Source of the DNA: a candidate division WOR-3 bacterium
GTDB lineage: Bacteria > Hydrothermota > Hydrothermia > JBDRYB01
Assembly (NCBI GenBank): GCA_049969615.1
Contig: JBMFOM010000010.1
Location: 1-30,799, forward strand
Reading direction: 5' to 3'
Length of the DNA: 30,799 nucleotides
Each line of letters starts with the position of its first letter. Position 1 is the first letter of the stretch. The position numbers and the translations under genes are program-made. The notes under the pieces are model-generated. The model was given only the letters and a program-made list of their open reading frames with translations, had not been told where the DNA came from and did no database searches. Below, piece after piece: positions 8,873 to 17,953 of the stretch.

Positions 8873-9832
8873 ATGTCAAAGGCATTGGTTTTTGCAGAAG
8901 GAAGAGGCGAGGCCCTGAAGGAGGCCTCCCTGGAGGCCTTTGGTGTTGCTTCTGCTTTGGCAGATGAGGTTGTGGCGGTTGCGGTTGGCCCATACTCTGC
9001 GAAGATCGTAGGTTTTGCGGACAGGATCCTTTTGGTCAACGAGGCCAGGCTCTCGCATCCGTTGGCAATTCCATGCGCCCGATCAATGGCTGAAGCCTTC
9101 AAAAAGGAGAATCCGGATCTCGTCATAATCTCGGCAACCCCGTTCGGAAAAGAGGTTGCTCCTTGCGTTGGTGCCTTGCTCGGTTTGCCCCTCATGAGCG
9201 ATGTGACCGATGTAAAAAAGGATGGCAATGCCTTGGTTTTCACCAAGCCGCTTTATACTGGCAAAATCATTGCCTCCTACAGGCTGGAAAACACTCCGGT
9301 TCTTTTCTCGGTTCGGCCAAAGGCCTTCCCGGTTCCCGAACCCAGAAGGTCAACGACGACAGAGAGCCTTTCTCCTTCCTTCCAGGACACTGATTTCCGG
9401 GTTTCGTTGGTTGAAGTCGCAGAGAAAGAGGCGGGCGACATAGATGTGTCCGAGGCTGACATCATAGTCACTGGCGGAAGGGGCATGAAGGGGCCGGAGA
9501 ACTTTGCCCTCCTGCGCGAGCTGGCCGCTATCCTTTCGGAGAAGACCGGCGTGAAGGTCGCTATTGGTGCTTCCCGCTCGGCCGTGGATGAGGGTTGGAT
9601 TGACCACTCCCACCAGGTCGGCCAGACTGGCAAGATAGTCTCCCCGGGGGTCTATTTTGCGATAGGGGTCTCCGGTGCTATGCAACACCTTGCGGGAATG
9701 CGAAACTCAAAGATCATCATAGCGGTCAACAAGGACCCTGACGCGCCCATTTTCTCCGTTGCCGATTTTGGGGTGGTTGATGACCTCTTTAAGGTCCTGC
9801 CGGAGCTGGTGAAACGCCTGAAAGAGGGCTGA
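8873..9832 (+). CDS. etfA: Electron transfer flavoprotein alpha subunit
   Basis: ADIIVTGGRGM, GASRSAVDEGW, QVGQTGK, GVSGAMQHLAGM, NKDPDAPIF; SD AGGAGG. Confidence 0.96.
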   Translation: MSKALVFAEGRGEALKEASLEAFGVASALADEVVAVAVGPYSAKIVGFADRILLVNEARLSHPLAIPCARSMAEAFKKENPDLVIISATPFGKEVAPCVGALLGLPLMSDVTDVKKDGNALVFTKPLYTGKIIASYRLENTPVLFSVRPKAFPVPEPRRSTTTESLSPSFQDTDFRVSLVEVAEKEAGDIDVSEADIIVTGGRGMKGPENFALLRELAAILSEKTGVKVAIGASRSAVDEGWIDHSHQVGQTGKIVSPGVYFAIGVSGAMQHLAGMRNSKIIIAVNKDPDAPIFSVADFGVVDDLFKVLPELVKRLKEG

Positions 9833-9835
9833 TTT

Positions 9836-10660
9836 GTGAAAAGGGCCATTCCCCTGGTTTTCTTTGCCCTGACATGTGGGAAGCATGAGGGCGAGATAAC
9901 CCTCTCTGGGACGATTGAAGTAAAGGAGGTGCGTATCTCCCCTGAGATAGCGGGTAAAATAGATAGGATGAATTTTCAGAGAGGGGATTCTGTCCGGGAG
10001 GGCGATGTCCTTTTTGGCCTTGACACAGTTCTCCTTTCTAAAACCCTGCTTTCGGCAAACTCACAGGCGCAGGCACTGCTTTCCCAGGCCGCTTCCCTGA
10101 ACCCACAGATAGCCCAACTGGATAAGGACATAAAAAGGGCAGAGGAACTACTCGGAGAGGGTGCTATTTCCTCACAAAGCCTTGAACAGATGAAGAGCGC
10201 GAGAGCCACCCTGGCGCGACAGAAGGCATCATTACTAGCCCAGGCCCAGGCCCTCTCTGCTCAGAGCGAAATGGCTCTGGAACAGGTGAAGAGGGCCGCG
10301 GAGGTGAAATCGCCGGTCTCGGGCGTGGTCCTGGACAAATGGGCAGAGCCAGGTGAAATGGCCGCGCCGAGCGTCCCTGTTTATCTTATCGGTGTCTTGG
10401 ACAGCCCGTATGTCAGGGTCTATTTGCCAGAGAAATACATCGGCAGGGTTCAGATAGGAACACCCGCTGTCGTGAAAACCGATGCCTTCCCCGATGAGTT
10501 TCCCGGAAGGGTTGTTTTCGTATCCCAGAAGGCAGAGTTCACTCCAAAGGAGATAATAACCCCTGAGGAGCGCACCAGCAGGGTCTTTGAGGTGCATGTT
10601 CTGGTTGAGGGCGCGAGGCTTTATCCAGGCATGTATGCGGATATCCGATTGCGCCCCTGA
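9836..10660 (+). CDS. HlyD-family periplasmic adaptor (YbhG-like), probable lipoprotein
   Basis: FALTC lipobox-like, SGTIEVKEVRISPEIAGKI, coiled coil, KSPVSGVV, AEFTPK. Confidence 0.9.
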   Translation: MKRAIPLVFFALTCGKHEGEITLSGTIEVKEVRISPEIAGKIDRMNFQRGDSVREGDVLFGLDTVLLSKTLLSANSQAQALLSQAASLNPQIAQLDKDIKRAEELLGEGAISSQSLEQMKSARATLARQKASLLAQAQALSAQSEMALEQVKRAAEVKSPVSGVVLDKWAEPGEMAAPSVPVYLIGVLDSPYVRVYLPEKYIGRVQIGTPAVVKTDAFPDEFPGRVVFVSQKAEFTPKEIITPEERTSRVFEVHVLVEGARLYPGMYADIRLRP

Positions 10661-10663
10661 GAT

Positions 10664-11515
10664 ATGTCTCCGGATGAGAATGACCTCAAACCCCTGATCA
10701 TGGATGGGGTTTCAAAGGATTTCGGCCCCACCCGTGCCATCAGGAATATTGCTCTCAGCCTTGATGCGGGGATCATAGCCGGGCTTCTCGGGCCTGACGG
10801 CGCGGGCAAGAGCACTCTCCTGGCAGTAGCCGCTGGAAGTCTCAGGCCAACCGAGGGTGAGGTTCTCGTTTTTGGCAGGCCGCCCCAAGAGGTTAGATCA
10901 GTTCTCTCCTATGTCCCCATGACCCAGGGCCTCTATGAGGACCTGACTCCTCTTGAACATCTCTCATACCTGGCTGACATGTATCGCGTTAGCAGGGATA
11001 GGGTTGATTATTTTCTGGAAATGGCTGGCCTGACCCATGCTAAAAACAGGCTGATAGGCCAGCTCTCTGGTGGTATGAGGCAGAAGCTGGCCCTGGTTGC
11101 AGGTTTTTTGCATGATCCCCAATTGCTCCTTCTGGATGAGCCAACCAGGGGAATAGACCCTGTTTTCAGGCAGGAAGTATGGTCAATGTTATACAGGATG
11201 GCTGGCGCCGGCAAAACGATTTTGCTCACCACATCAAGTTCAGAGGAAGCCGAGCGGCTTTCTTTCGTATTTTTCATGAAGGGGGGAGAGATAGTCGCGC
11301 GAGGCTCACCTCAGGAGCTGAAAGAGGGACTTTTGGGCCGGGTATTCGCGATCAGGGGAGATGAGGGTAAGGCCTACAGGTCTCTCAGACAAAAGGGCAT
11401 AAGAGCCAGGATGGCCGCAGACGGCGTCAGGTGCATCGCGGACAGAGGATTGCTTTCTGGCTTTGATTTCAGGGAAGTTGAACCTAGCCTGGGAGATGTT
11501 TTCCTTAATTTGTAA
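10664..11515 (+). CDS. ABC transporter ATP-binding protein (YbhF-like)
   Basis: GPDGAGKST, LSGGMRQKL, LLLLDEPT. Confidence 0.92.
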   Translation: MSPDENDLKPLIMDGVSKDFGPTRAIRNIALSLDAGIIAGLLGPDGAGKSTLLAVAAGSLRPTEGEVLVFGRPPQEVRSVLSYVPMTQGLYEDLTPLEHLSYLADMYRVSRDRVDYFLEMAGLTHAKNRLIGQLSGGMRQKLALVAGFLHDPQLLLLDEPTRGIDPVFRQEVWSMLYRMAGAGKTILLTTSSSEEAERLSFVFFMKGGEIVARGSPQELKEGLLGRVFAIRGDEGKAYRSLRQKGIRARMAADGVRCIADRGLLSGFDFREVEPSLGDVFLNL

Positions 11516-11620
11516 CCCACTCCCTGCGCAGGAACAAACATTTGAGACCTCTAATAAAGTAGTAATAACCTACTGGTTTGAGGGAGGAGCGCTTTGTCCA
11601 AGAGAACAGGGTTATAAGAG

Positions 11621-11730
11621 GGGGCCCCTGAAAAATCCCGCCAAGAGGGCATTTCCTCATGGTTCTCTTCCAGCTATGATGAGGCTCCCGGATAGGGACC
11701 AAGGACAAACCGGGATTTTTCAGGGGTTTC
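11621..11730. mobile_element. Putative MITE (IS5/IS1182-like ends) or structured RNA
   Basis: Perfect 16-bp inverted repeat CCCCTGAAAAATCCCG (11625-11640) / CGGGATTTTTCAGGGG (11711-11726) around a 70-nt core. Confidence 0.55.
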
Positions 11731-11902
11731 GTGTTCATAGACCCGGCACAAGTAGCCTAGTGCCGAAACTTTGCCCCATGATCCCTGGGATCCCTTATCA
11801 ATAAACGAATTGGGAAAAATGAGGTGTCAGGGTTGGGTATCCCTGCTTTGTCAGAGGTCTCCGCGATTTCCCGAGGACAGACCCCCCAAATGTGGCTTGA
11901 CA

Positions 11903-13311
11903 TCAAGGTTGAGTTCTGCACCCACAAATATAGATTTTCCTGAAGGGCCTTGACCCGTAGAACGAGTAGGTGAAACCAAGATCAAGACTATCCAGAGGTG
12001 TGAGATATGGGACACTCCTTAGTTCGTAGTCCGTTATCAGAACCAGATTCCCGTCTCTCACGGGGCCACGGAAATACGGACTGACAGTCAATTGCTTTTC
12101 CTTTGGCAGAAGCCAGAAGAGGTATCCCTCGCCGTGGAGGGCCATAAAATGCTGTCCGCAGATGCAATTCTCTCCTGGTTTTTCTGCATGAACCACTTGG
12201 CCGCTCGCACATATGCGGGGTTCAAAAGTGTGATCCGCAAGACGCTAGCTGATCTCCACCAGTAAAAGCACATTCCGGCAAGAACAAGGGCCAGGAAGCC
12301 ATATTTGAAGAGCCTACCTATCTGGGCCGCATATAGAAAACCGATATAAAGCAATATCCAGAGAAGGGGATAAACGAACTGGAATATCCTCCGTGGCCTC
12401 ATCCCGAATATCATGGGCAAGATGACCAATCCGATCGTTATGAGCGCGAGGAGCGTTTTGTCCAGGTCAAGCCTAGCCTTACGCAAGGGCCATAGGAGGA
12501 ACGCAAGCGCGGCTACGGTAACAGCGATCATGAGGTGCCAGGAAGAGAGTATCTTTACGATACCCCAACCCTTCTCGCTTATTCCGACTACATAACCCAG
12601 AATGAGCAGTTTTCCGGAATAGCAGGACACAAAGAGACTGGTCACAAGCACAATGATCCCGCCAGCCATTAGCCAGAGTATCCGCTGACCGTGCTTTCTC
12701 ATCACGGGTAATGCGAGGATCATGGCCATGAACAGGCAGAAAGCCATAAGACCCCCAAGCTGGTGAATCCAGAAGGACATGGGGAGAATGAAGAAACCTA
12801 GGTTCTGAAAAAAACGTTTCCTCGGGAGAAGCATGAGCGCTACCGAGGCCGTGATCCAGAGTGCCGCGAGACCCTCTGGTCTCTCGGTGTGGCCTATTAC
12901 CAATGGGAGAGGCGAGAGGGCCATGAGAAGGAAAAACATTCCGGCAGACCCGGCCTTGTTTTCCCTGAGCCTGGCCATAATGAGGCCCGCGAGTGTCAGG
13001 GCGACCCCAACCGAGATAAGGGAGAGGAATCTCATTGCCCATGGATTTTGTCCAAAGAGCTGAAAAGTCAACCTGATCAGGCTAATATATATCCAAATGG
13101 TGAAAAATCCCCATCCGAACTCAGCGCCCTGGGGACCTGCCAAGAGGGTTGTTGGCCAGCCATGTTCTATCCACCTCATTACTGATTGGGCAAAATAGGC
13201 TCCGTCGCCGTAGAAATCCACTGGCGCGAAGCCGCGTATAAAAACGAGGCCTACCACGAACCACGCGAGCGTGACGATTACCAGCCAGAACCCAAAGGCC
13301 CTTTCTTTCAT
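11903..13311 (-). pseudogene. GT-C fold (ArnT/PMT-like) membrane glycosyltransferase with a frameshift near the 3' end
   Basis: Polytopic membrane protein with DGAYF, RFLSL, RPEG, WIHQ; protein-like tail (MALHGEGYLFWLL...RKIYICG) continues in another frame from about 12146-12149; ATG 13311 after GGAG. Confidence 0.65.
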
Positions 13312-13312
13312 C

Positions 13313-13861
13313 TCATTCTCCAAGCAGTGGATAAGACGCTACCCTCGTGTATATAGGTCCTTCTGGCCTTAGCTTGCTCTCCATGAGGCTGAAGTGGCCG
13401 ACCCTAAAACTCACCGGGCCAAAGCTCGGAGAACCAAGCCTCCGGATCGGAATCCCCGTTTCCCTCCGGCCCCTCGCGAGGGTGAGGTGGGGACTAAATG
13501 GTTTATCATCCCTTATACCAAGGGGATCAAGCGCGAGACGCACCTTCCCCGCAAGACGCGCCAGTTCCTCGGCCCCCTCCCTCACCCCTATCCAGACTAC
13601 CCTGGCTATGGGCCTGTTCTCCGGAAAGGAACCCACGCCCTCAAGCGAGATAGTGAACGGTTCGGCCTTGACGGACGCGAGTGCATTTTTTATCTCATTT
13701 GCCAGGGCTGGCGGGGCCTCGCCAATAAAAATGAGGGTCAGGTGCAGGTTCTCCCTGGCAACCCACCTCGCGTGCCTGTATGATTCAGCTAACGAACGTT
13801 CAAACTCCCAGGCGGACGCCCTGACATCCTCAGGCAGTTCAATTGCTGTAAAAAGCCTCAT
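13313..13861 (-). CDS. thpR: RNA 2',3'-cyclic phosphodiesterase (2H family)
   Basis: MRLFTAIEL, two HLTL motifs, SKLRPEGPIY. Confidence 0.95.
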   Translation of the reverse strand: MRLFTAIELPEDVRASAWEFERSLAESYRHARWVARENLHLTLIFIGEAPPALANEIKNALASVKAEPFTISLEGVGSFPENRPIARVVWIGVREGAEELARLAGKVRLALDPLGIRDDKPFSPHLTLARGRRETGIPIRRLGSPSFGPVSFRVGHFSLMESKLRPEGPIYTRVASYPLLGE

Positions 13862-13862
13862 C

Positions 13863-15293
13863 TCAAGATTTTCCCTTTTGCGCGTCTTTTGCAGGTTTTT
13901 TGAGAAAGCTGAAGACGAAAACGGCCACCGTGGCCAAGATGAAAGCCGGCACCAGCTCGTAGATGAACCCGGAAAGGCCACTGAGTTTCCAGGCGAAGAC
14001 GGTTATCGCGCCAACCAGGAGGCCGGCTATGGCCCCGGGCGCTGTCGCCCTCTTCCAGTATAGACCGAGGATAACCACCGAACCAAAAGCCGCGCCCAGG
14101 CCAGCCCAGGCCAGGAGAACGAACCAGAAAACTAGCTGGGAGTTCCTGCCTATGTATCCGAGCACGAGTGCCACGCCGGTTATCAGGACTACGGAACCCC
14201 TTGAAAGCCAGACCATCACGCGCTCCGACGCCCTCCTGCCCCAAAACCTCTGGTATATGTCCCTCGCGACAGCGCTTGACGCGACGAGGAGCTGTGAATC
14301 AACCGTGCTCATGATCGCCGCAAATACCGCGGCCATTACCAAGCCAAATAGGAACTGGTGAAAATATGATTGGGCCAGGGCAGAGTAGAGGTTCTCTGGG
14401 TCCGAGTTAACGAGCATGTTCGCCAGCGGGAATATCTTTCTGCCCACAAGGCCGACCATGACAGCGCCCCATGCCATGATCACATTCCAAACCGTGCCAA
14501 TAAGGGCTGATTTTCTAAGAATGTCCGTGTCCCTCGCGCTCATGTATCTTACCAGGATGTGGGGGTTTCCGGGCGAACCTAGGCCTATGCCCAGGAGGCC
14601 TATTGTGCCGCCCGCGCCCAGAGTCCAGGGGTCAACGAGCCGGGGATCAAGGGCCCTGAGGGTCTCAAGGATAGGCTGGATGCCGCCTTGGTGAACTAGG
14701 GCGACGACTGGGAGCACGACCAGGCCCAGAATCATGAAAAGTGCCTGAATTACATCCGTGTAAGAGACCGCATAGAAGCCGCCCACTATCGTATAGACGA
14801 AGACTATGCCCGCGGTGAGGACGAGGCCCCATCCCTGTGGGATGTTCAGCGAGCCTAAGAAGGCCTTGCCGCCACCGAGCATCTGCGCGCCGAGATAAGT
14901 TGTGAGAAACGCGAGGAGTATTATCACCGATATTACTCTTAGCGCCGGGCTGGAGAACCTGGATTCCAGGAAGTCCGGCAGGGTGATGTCCCCCTTTTCG
15001 CCCGTGAAGTTCCTGAGCCTCCTGCCAAGAAATATGAAGAGAAGGAGCTCAACGATTATGTATCCAACGCAGGCCCAGACAGCAGATACCCCCTTGGTGT
15101 AGGCCATGCCCGAAAGGCCCAGGACCAACCACGCGCTCCTTCCGGATGCCACTGCCGAGAGCGCGACCACCCAGCTCCCCATGCGTCTGCCACCCAGGAA
15201 GAAGTCTGCCACTGACCTTGAGGAGCGCCTGGCGCTCAGGAATCCAACGAACAGTATGACCAGGAAATATAGTGCGAACGCGAGAGCGACCAT
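13863..15293 (-). CDS. putP: Sodium:solute (proline-type) symporter, SSS family
   Basis: FFLGGRRMG, ALSAVASGRSAW, GGFYAVSYTD, GNPHILVRYM, AAIMSTVDSQLL; substrate not verified. Confidence 0.88.
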   Translation of the reverse strand: MVALAFALYFLVILFVGFLSARRSSRSVADFFLGGRRMGSWVVALSAVASGRSAWLVLGLSGMAYTKGVSAVWACVGYIIVELLLFIFLGRRLRNFTGEKGDITLPDFLESRFSSPALRVISVIILLAFLTTYLGAQMLGGGKAFLGSLNIPQGWGLVLTAGIVFVYTIVGGFYAVSYTDVIQALFMILGLVVLPVVALVHQGGIQPILETLRALDPRLVDPWTLGAGGTIGLLGIGLGSPGNPHILVRYMSARDTDILRKSALIGTVWNVIMAWGAVMVGLVGRKIFPLANMLVNSDPENLYSALAQSYFHQFLFGLVMAAVFAAIMSTVDSQLLVASSAVARDIYQRFWGRRASERVMVWLSRGSVVLITGVALVLGYIGRNSQLVFWFVLLAWAGLGAAFGSVVILGLYWKRATAPGAIAGLLVGAITVFAWKLSGLSGFIYELVPAFILATVAVFVFSFLKKPAKDAQKGKS

Positions 15294-15294
15294 G

Positions 15295-15387
15295 CTAGCG
15301 AACCCCCTTTGTCAGGAAATAAAGCAATATGGCCAGAGCTATGATTGCTATGGGAAGGGCAACGAGCAAAAGATAAGCACCGGTCAT
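15295..15387 (-). CDS. 30-aa single-TM small protein, probable SSS accessory subunit
   Basis: MTGAYLLLVALPIAIIALAILLYFLTKGVR*; stop lies 1 nt before the symporter ATG; TATCAT 10 nt upstream. Confidence 0.75.
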   Translation of the reverse strand: MTGAYLLLVALPIAIIALAILLYFLTKGVR

Positions 15388-15515
15388 GCCGTTGGAAATG
15401 ATAAGGCCTCTCGGTAAGCTGCTTCAGCAAGTTCTGAGCCCCTCGCTCAGATTAGCATGTGGCACGTTGACACCCCCCGACGGTATATAATTTACCTAAC
15501 TTAAGGAGGTGTGAG

Positions 15516-16229
15516 ATGAAGAGCGAGAGATGGAAATGGGCCCTGGTTGCTGGGGCCGCTCTGGCAGGCGGATGGACCTATGATCTTGCTGGAATCAGAG
15601 ATGATCCCGGGCTCCGGGGAAAGGTTGACTCTGCCTACACGGAATACCTTCTTCAACACGACACGGCCGCATACATTTACCACACCCTCGGATGGGATTC
15701 CTTGCCGCCGGAACTTCCCTATGTCCCAGGCTGTCCTTTGATCTACCCGAACAAGATATGCGTCTATGGAAAGATCATCCAGATTGACACCTTTCTCTCT
15801 ATTGGAGCGTTATACCTGATTGAGGTTAAGGAGCTTTTCTGGGGAAACTCTTCCTCGGATACCCTGAGAATATATCTAGCCTTCCCTACCATTTCTCACC
15901 CCCATCTACCCCTTGAGGGGGATAGCCTTTTTATAGCTGGCAGTCATTTCCCGTGGTGGTTCATAGTCTGCTATAAAGAGGCCAGGGACTCCCTCTACAA
16001 CGGAACTATACCTGATCCATACCTGTCATGGCGGCGTTTGTCAGGGGCGGTGCTGAGAGCTCTACAACGGAACTATACCTGATCCATACCCTGGTGCTTA
16101 TCCTCTTGGTGGATCTTGCTTCATTTACGGTACGGCGACACCACGGAAGATGGCGTCCTCGTTGACACCTACATAACCTGGCTACGCGAAGCCGCGGCCA
16201 TCAAGAGAAACTTTCTTGGAGGTAGATAA
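15516..16229 (+). pseudogene. Exported hypothetical protein disrupted by 67-bp and 5-bp insertions
   Basis: SD AAGGAGGT, signal-like N-terminus; removing the duplication+insert and one TACGG restores ...PDPYPGAYPLGGSCFIYGDTTEDG...NFLGGR*. Confidence 0.7.
15993..16090 (+). repeat. Perfect 31-bp direct repeat flanking a 36-bp insert
   Basis: CTCTACAACGGAACTATACCTGATCCATACC at 15993-16023 and 16060-16090. Confidence 0.97.
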
Positions 16230-16231
16230 CC

Positions 16232-16366
16232 ATGAATCCCATAACCCTTATGGCTTTTCTTGTTAGCTACACCCTGAGCGGTCACTACTGGCAATGGACC
16301 GCCTGCTGTGAGTCAGTCAGAGCTTTTGCTTGTGGGACAATGGGTTCACGGGAAAAGAAAGCGTGA
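16232..16366 (+). pseudogene. Probable truncated 5' end of an exported protein gene
   Basis: GGAGGT SD, MNPITLMAFLVSYTLSGHYWQW..., only 44 codons. Confidence 0.45.
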
Positions 16367-16423
16367 GATCTCAGGGTCTTGAAGTAATTTACCGGGCTCT
16401 GCCTCCTGCCTTAGAATATAAAG

Positions 16424-17950
16424 GTGATCCTGATCACACTCCTCCTCGTCCAGGCCCCTGAGCAGGTCCCGGGCCTCGTCCTACCCGACACTGCTTATGA
16501 CATGACGCCAGTTGGCGGTGGGGACTACCTTCCCGTGGTGTCTCCAGATGGCAAAACCATGTTCTTCTGTTCCACCAGGTACGGGGGGCTCGGCGGCGAG
16601 GACATATGGGTGAGCTTCGCTGATTCCTTGGGAAACTGGGGCCCTCCGGAGAACCTCCGCGACCTGAACACCCTCCTGAACGAGGGCCCCGGGGCCATAT
16701 CCGCTGATGGCAAGGCTCTGCTTTTGGGATACAATACCTCGCCTGACCCCGCTGTGAGAAAATTTTTCGGCCTCAAGGAGGGCCAAGGTGGGATGGACAT
16801 ATTCATATCCCGGTGGAAAAAGGATAGGTGGCTCCAACCTGAAAATCTCGGCCCTGTCGTGAACAGCCCGACCTGGGACGCTCATGTGACCATAGCGCCG
16901 GACGGCTCTGCCATTTATTTTGCTTCCAACAGAGAGGGTGGGAAAGGAAAGACAGATATCTGGGTTTCAAGGTGGAACGGCAAGGAATGGGGCAAACCGG
17001 AGAACCTCGGTGCGCCTGTGAACACGATGGGCGAGGAATACTCGCCATTCATCGCGTCTGACGGGGTGACCCTCTATTTCTCGTCAAACGGGCGCATGGG
17101 CCTCGGCGGCCAGGACATATTCGTGAGCAGGCTCGTTAACGGCGAGTGGACAGAGCCGAAGAACCTGGGGGAGCCATACAACACGAGATACGATGACATA
17201 TTCTTCTCCGTGCCGGCCTCCGGGGAGTATATCTATTTCGCCAGGGGAGACAGTATCACAAAGGACGGCGACACTGTATCCCACATATACAGGGTGAAGC
17301 TCAAGCCTGAGTTCGCTCCCTCGCCCGTGACCCTGGTCAAGGGAAGGGTCTTTGACGCGTCAACCGGCGGGCCTCTCCGGGCATTTGTCACAGTGGAACT
17401 GTTGGAAACAGGCGAGGTGGTGCAGAAGGTTGAGACGGATCCCTACTCTGGGGGCTTTACTCTGATACTGCCTAAGAGGACTCTTTATGGTGTGACGGCC
17501 GAGGCTATGGCAGGAGATTTTACTTACTCCTCGTTTAACTACGACCTCACGGACGAGAGGACATACCAGGAATCCAGCCTTGAGATAGGCCTACAACCCA
17601 TCAGGACCGGAGCCAGTTTCTCTGTCAGGAATTTTCTATTTGACTTTGACTCGGACAAGCTGAGGCCCGAATCCGGGCCCGAGCTATCCAGGCTGGCTTT
17701 TTTCATGAAGGAACACCCGGGTATAAAGATCATCATAGAGGGCCACACGGACGATGTTGGAGAAGAGGCTTATAACCAGGCTCTTTCAGAGCGAAGGGCA
17801 AAAGCGGTCATGGAGGGCCTAGTGGGAATGGGGATAGCCAGAAACAGGATGAGGGCTGTTGGCTACGGGAAGACAAAACCCCTTGTTCCGAATGACTCAG
17901 ACGAGAACAGGCAGCTCAACAGGCGGGTGGAGATAGTTATCAGCGAATAG
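16424..17950 (+). CDS. OmpA-family protein with PD40 (WD40-like) repeats
   Basis: Repeated (S/A)xDGxxxxF...RxGGxGxxDI(W/F)xS...PENLG; carboxypeptidase-regulatory-like linker; C-terminal FDFDSDKL...IEGHTDD...LSERRA...NRRVE. Confidence 0.93.
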   Translation: MILITLLLVQAPEQVPGLVLPDTAYDMTPVGGGDYLPVVSPDGKTMFFCSTRYGGLGGEDIWVSFADSLGNWGPPENLRDLNTLLNEGPGAISADGKALLLGYNTSPDPAVRKFFGLKEGQGGMDIFISRWKKDRWLQPENLGPVVNSPTWDAHVTIAPDGSAIYFASNREGGKGKTDIWVSRWNGKEWGKPENLGAPVNTMGEEYSPFIASDGVTLYFSSNGRMGLGGQDIFVSRLVNGEWTEPKNLGEPYNTRYDDIFFSVPASGEYIYFARGDSITKDGDTVSHIYRVKLKPEFAPSPVTLVKGRVFDASTGGPLRAFVTVELLETGEVVQKVETDPYSGGFTLILPKRTLYGVTAEAMAGDFTYSSFNYDLTDERTYQESSLEIGLQPIRTGASFSVRNFLFDFDSDKLRPESGPELSRLAFFMKEHPGIKIIIEGHTDDVGEEAYNQALSERRAKAVMEGLVGMGIARNRMRAVGYGKTKPLVPNDSDENRQLNRRVEIVISE

Positions 17951-17953
17951 GGC

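Noticed and set aside
8114-9832. Electron-bifurcating Etf/Fix system
   Set aside because: No fixCX or acyl-CoA dehydrogenase nearby, and EtfB lacks the FAGADT-like segment typical of bifurcating forms
11505-11738. 77-aa minus-strand ORF
   Set aside because: Spans the inverted-repeat element, with no SD or promoter support and no protein-like features
11609-11743. 6S RNA or SRP RNA
   Set aside because: The core between the stems is only 70 nt, short for 6S, and no SRP domain IV motif was recognised; not excluded without a covariance search
13347-14063. 238-aa plus-strand ORF and similar long antisense ORFs (e.g. 18979-19662)
   Set aside because: Shadows of well-supported opposite-strand genes with no recognisable motifs
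15467-15491. TTGACA/TATAAT consensus promoter pair
   Set aside because: The spacer is only 13 nt; the -10 may be real but not with this -35
16080-16082. Selenocysteine or recoded TGA
   Set aside because: The TGA arises from reading the duplicated segment out of frame, and TGA is an ordinary stop for many genes here
15993-16090. Bona fide CRISPR array
   Set aside because: Only two repeat copies, the repeat is in-frame coding sequence of the host gene, and there is no leader or cas gene in the window; reported as a candidate ectopic integration instead
16520-17240. Nucleotide repeats within the OmpA gene
   Set aside because: Explained by PD40 beta-propeller repeats at the protein level
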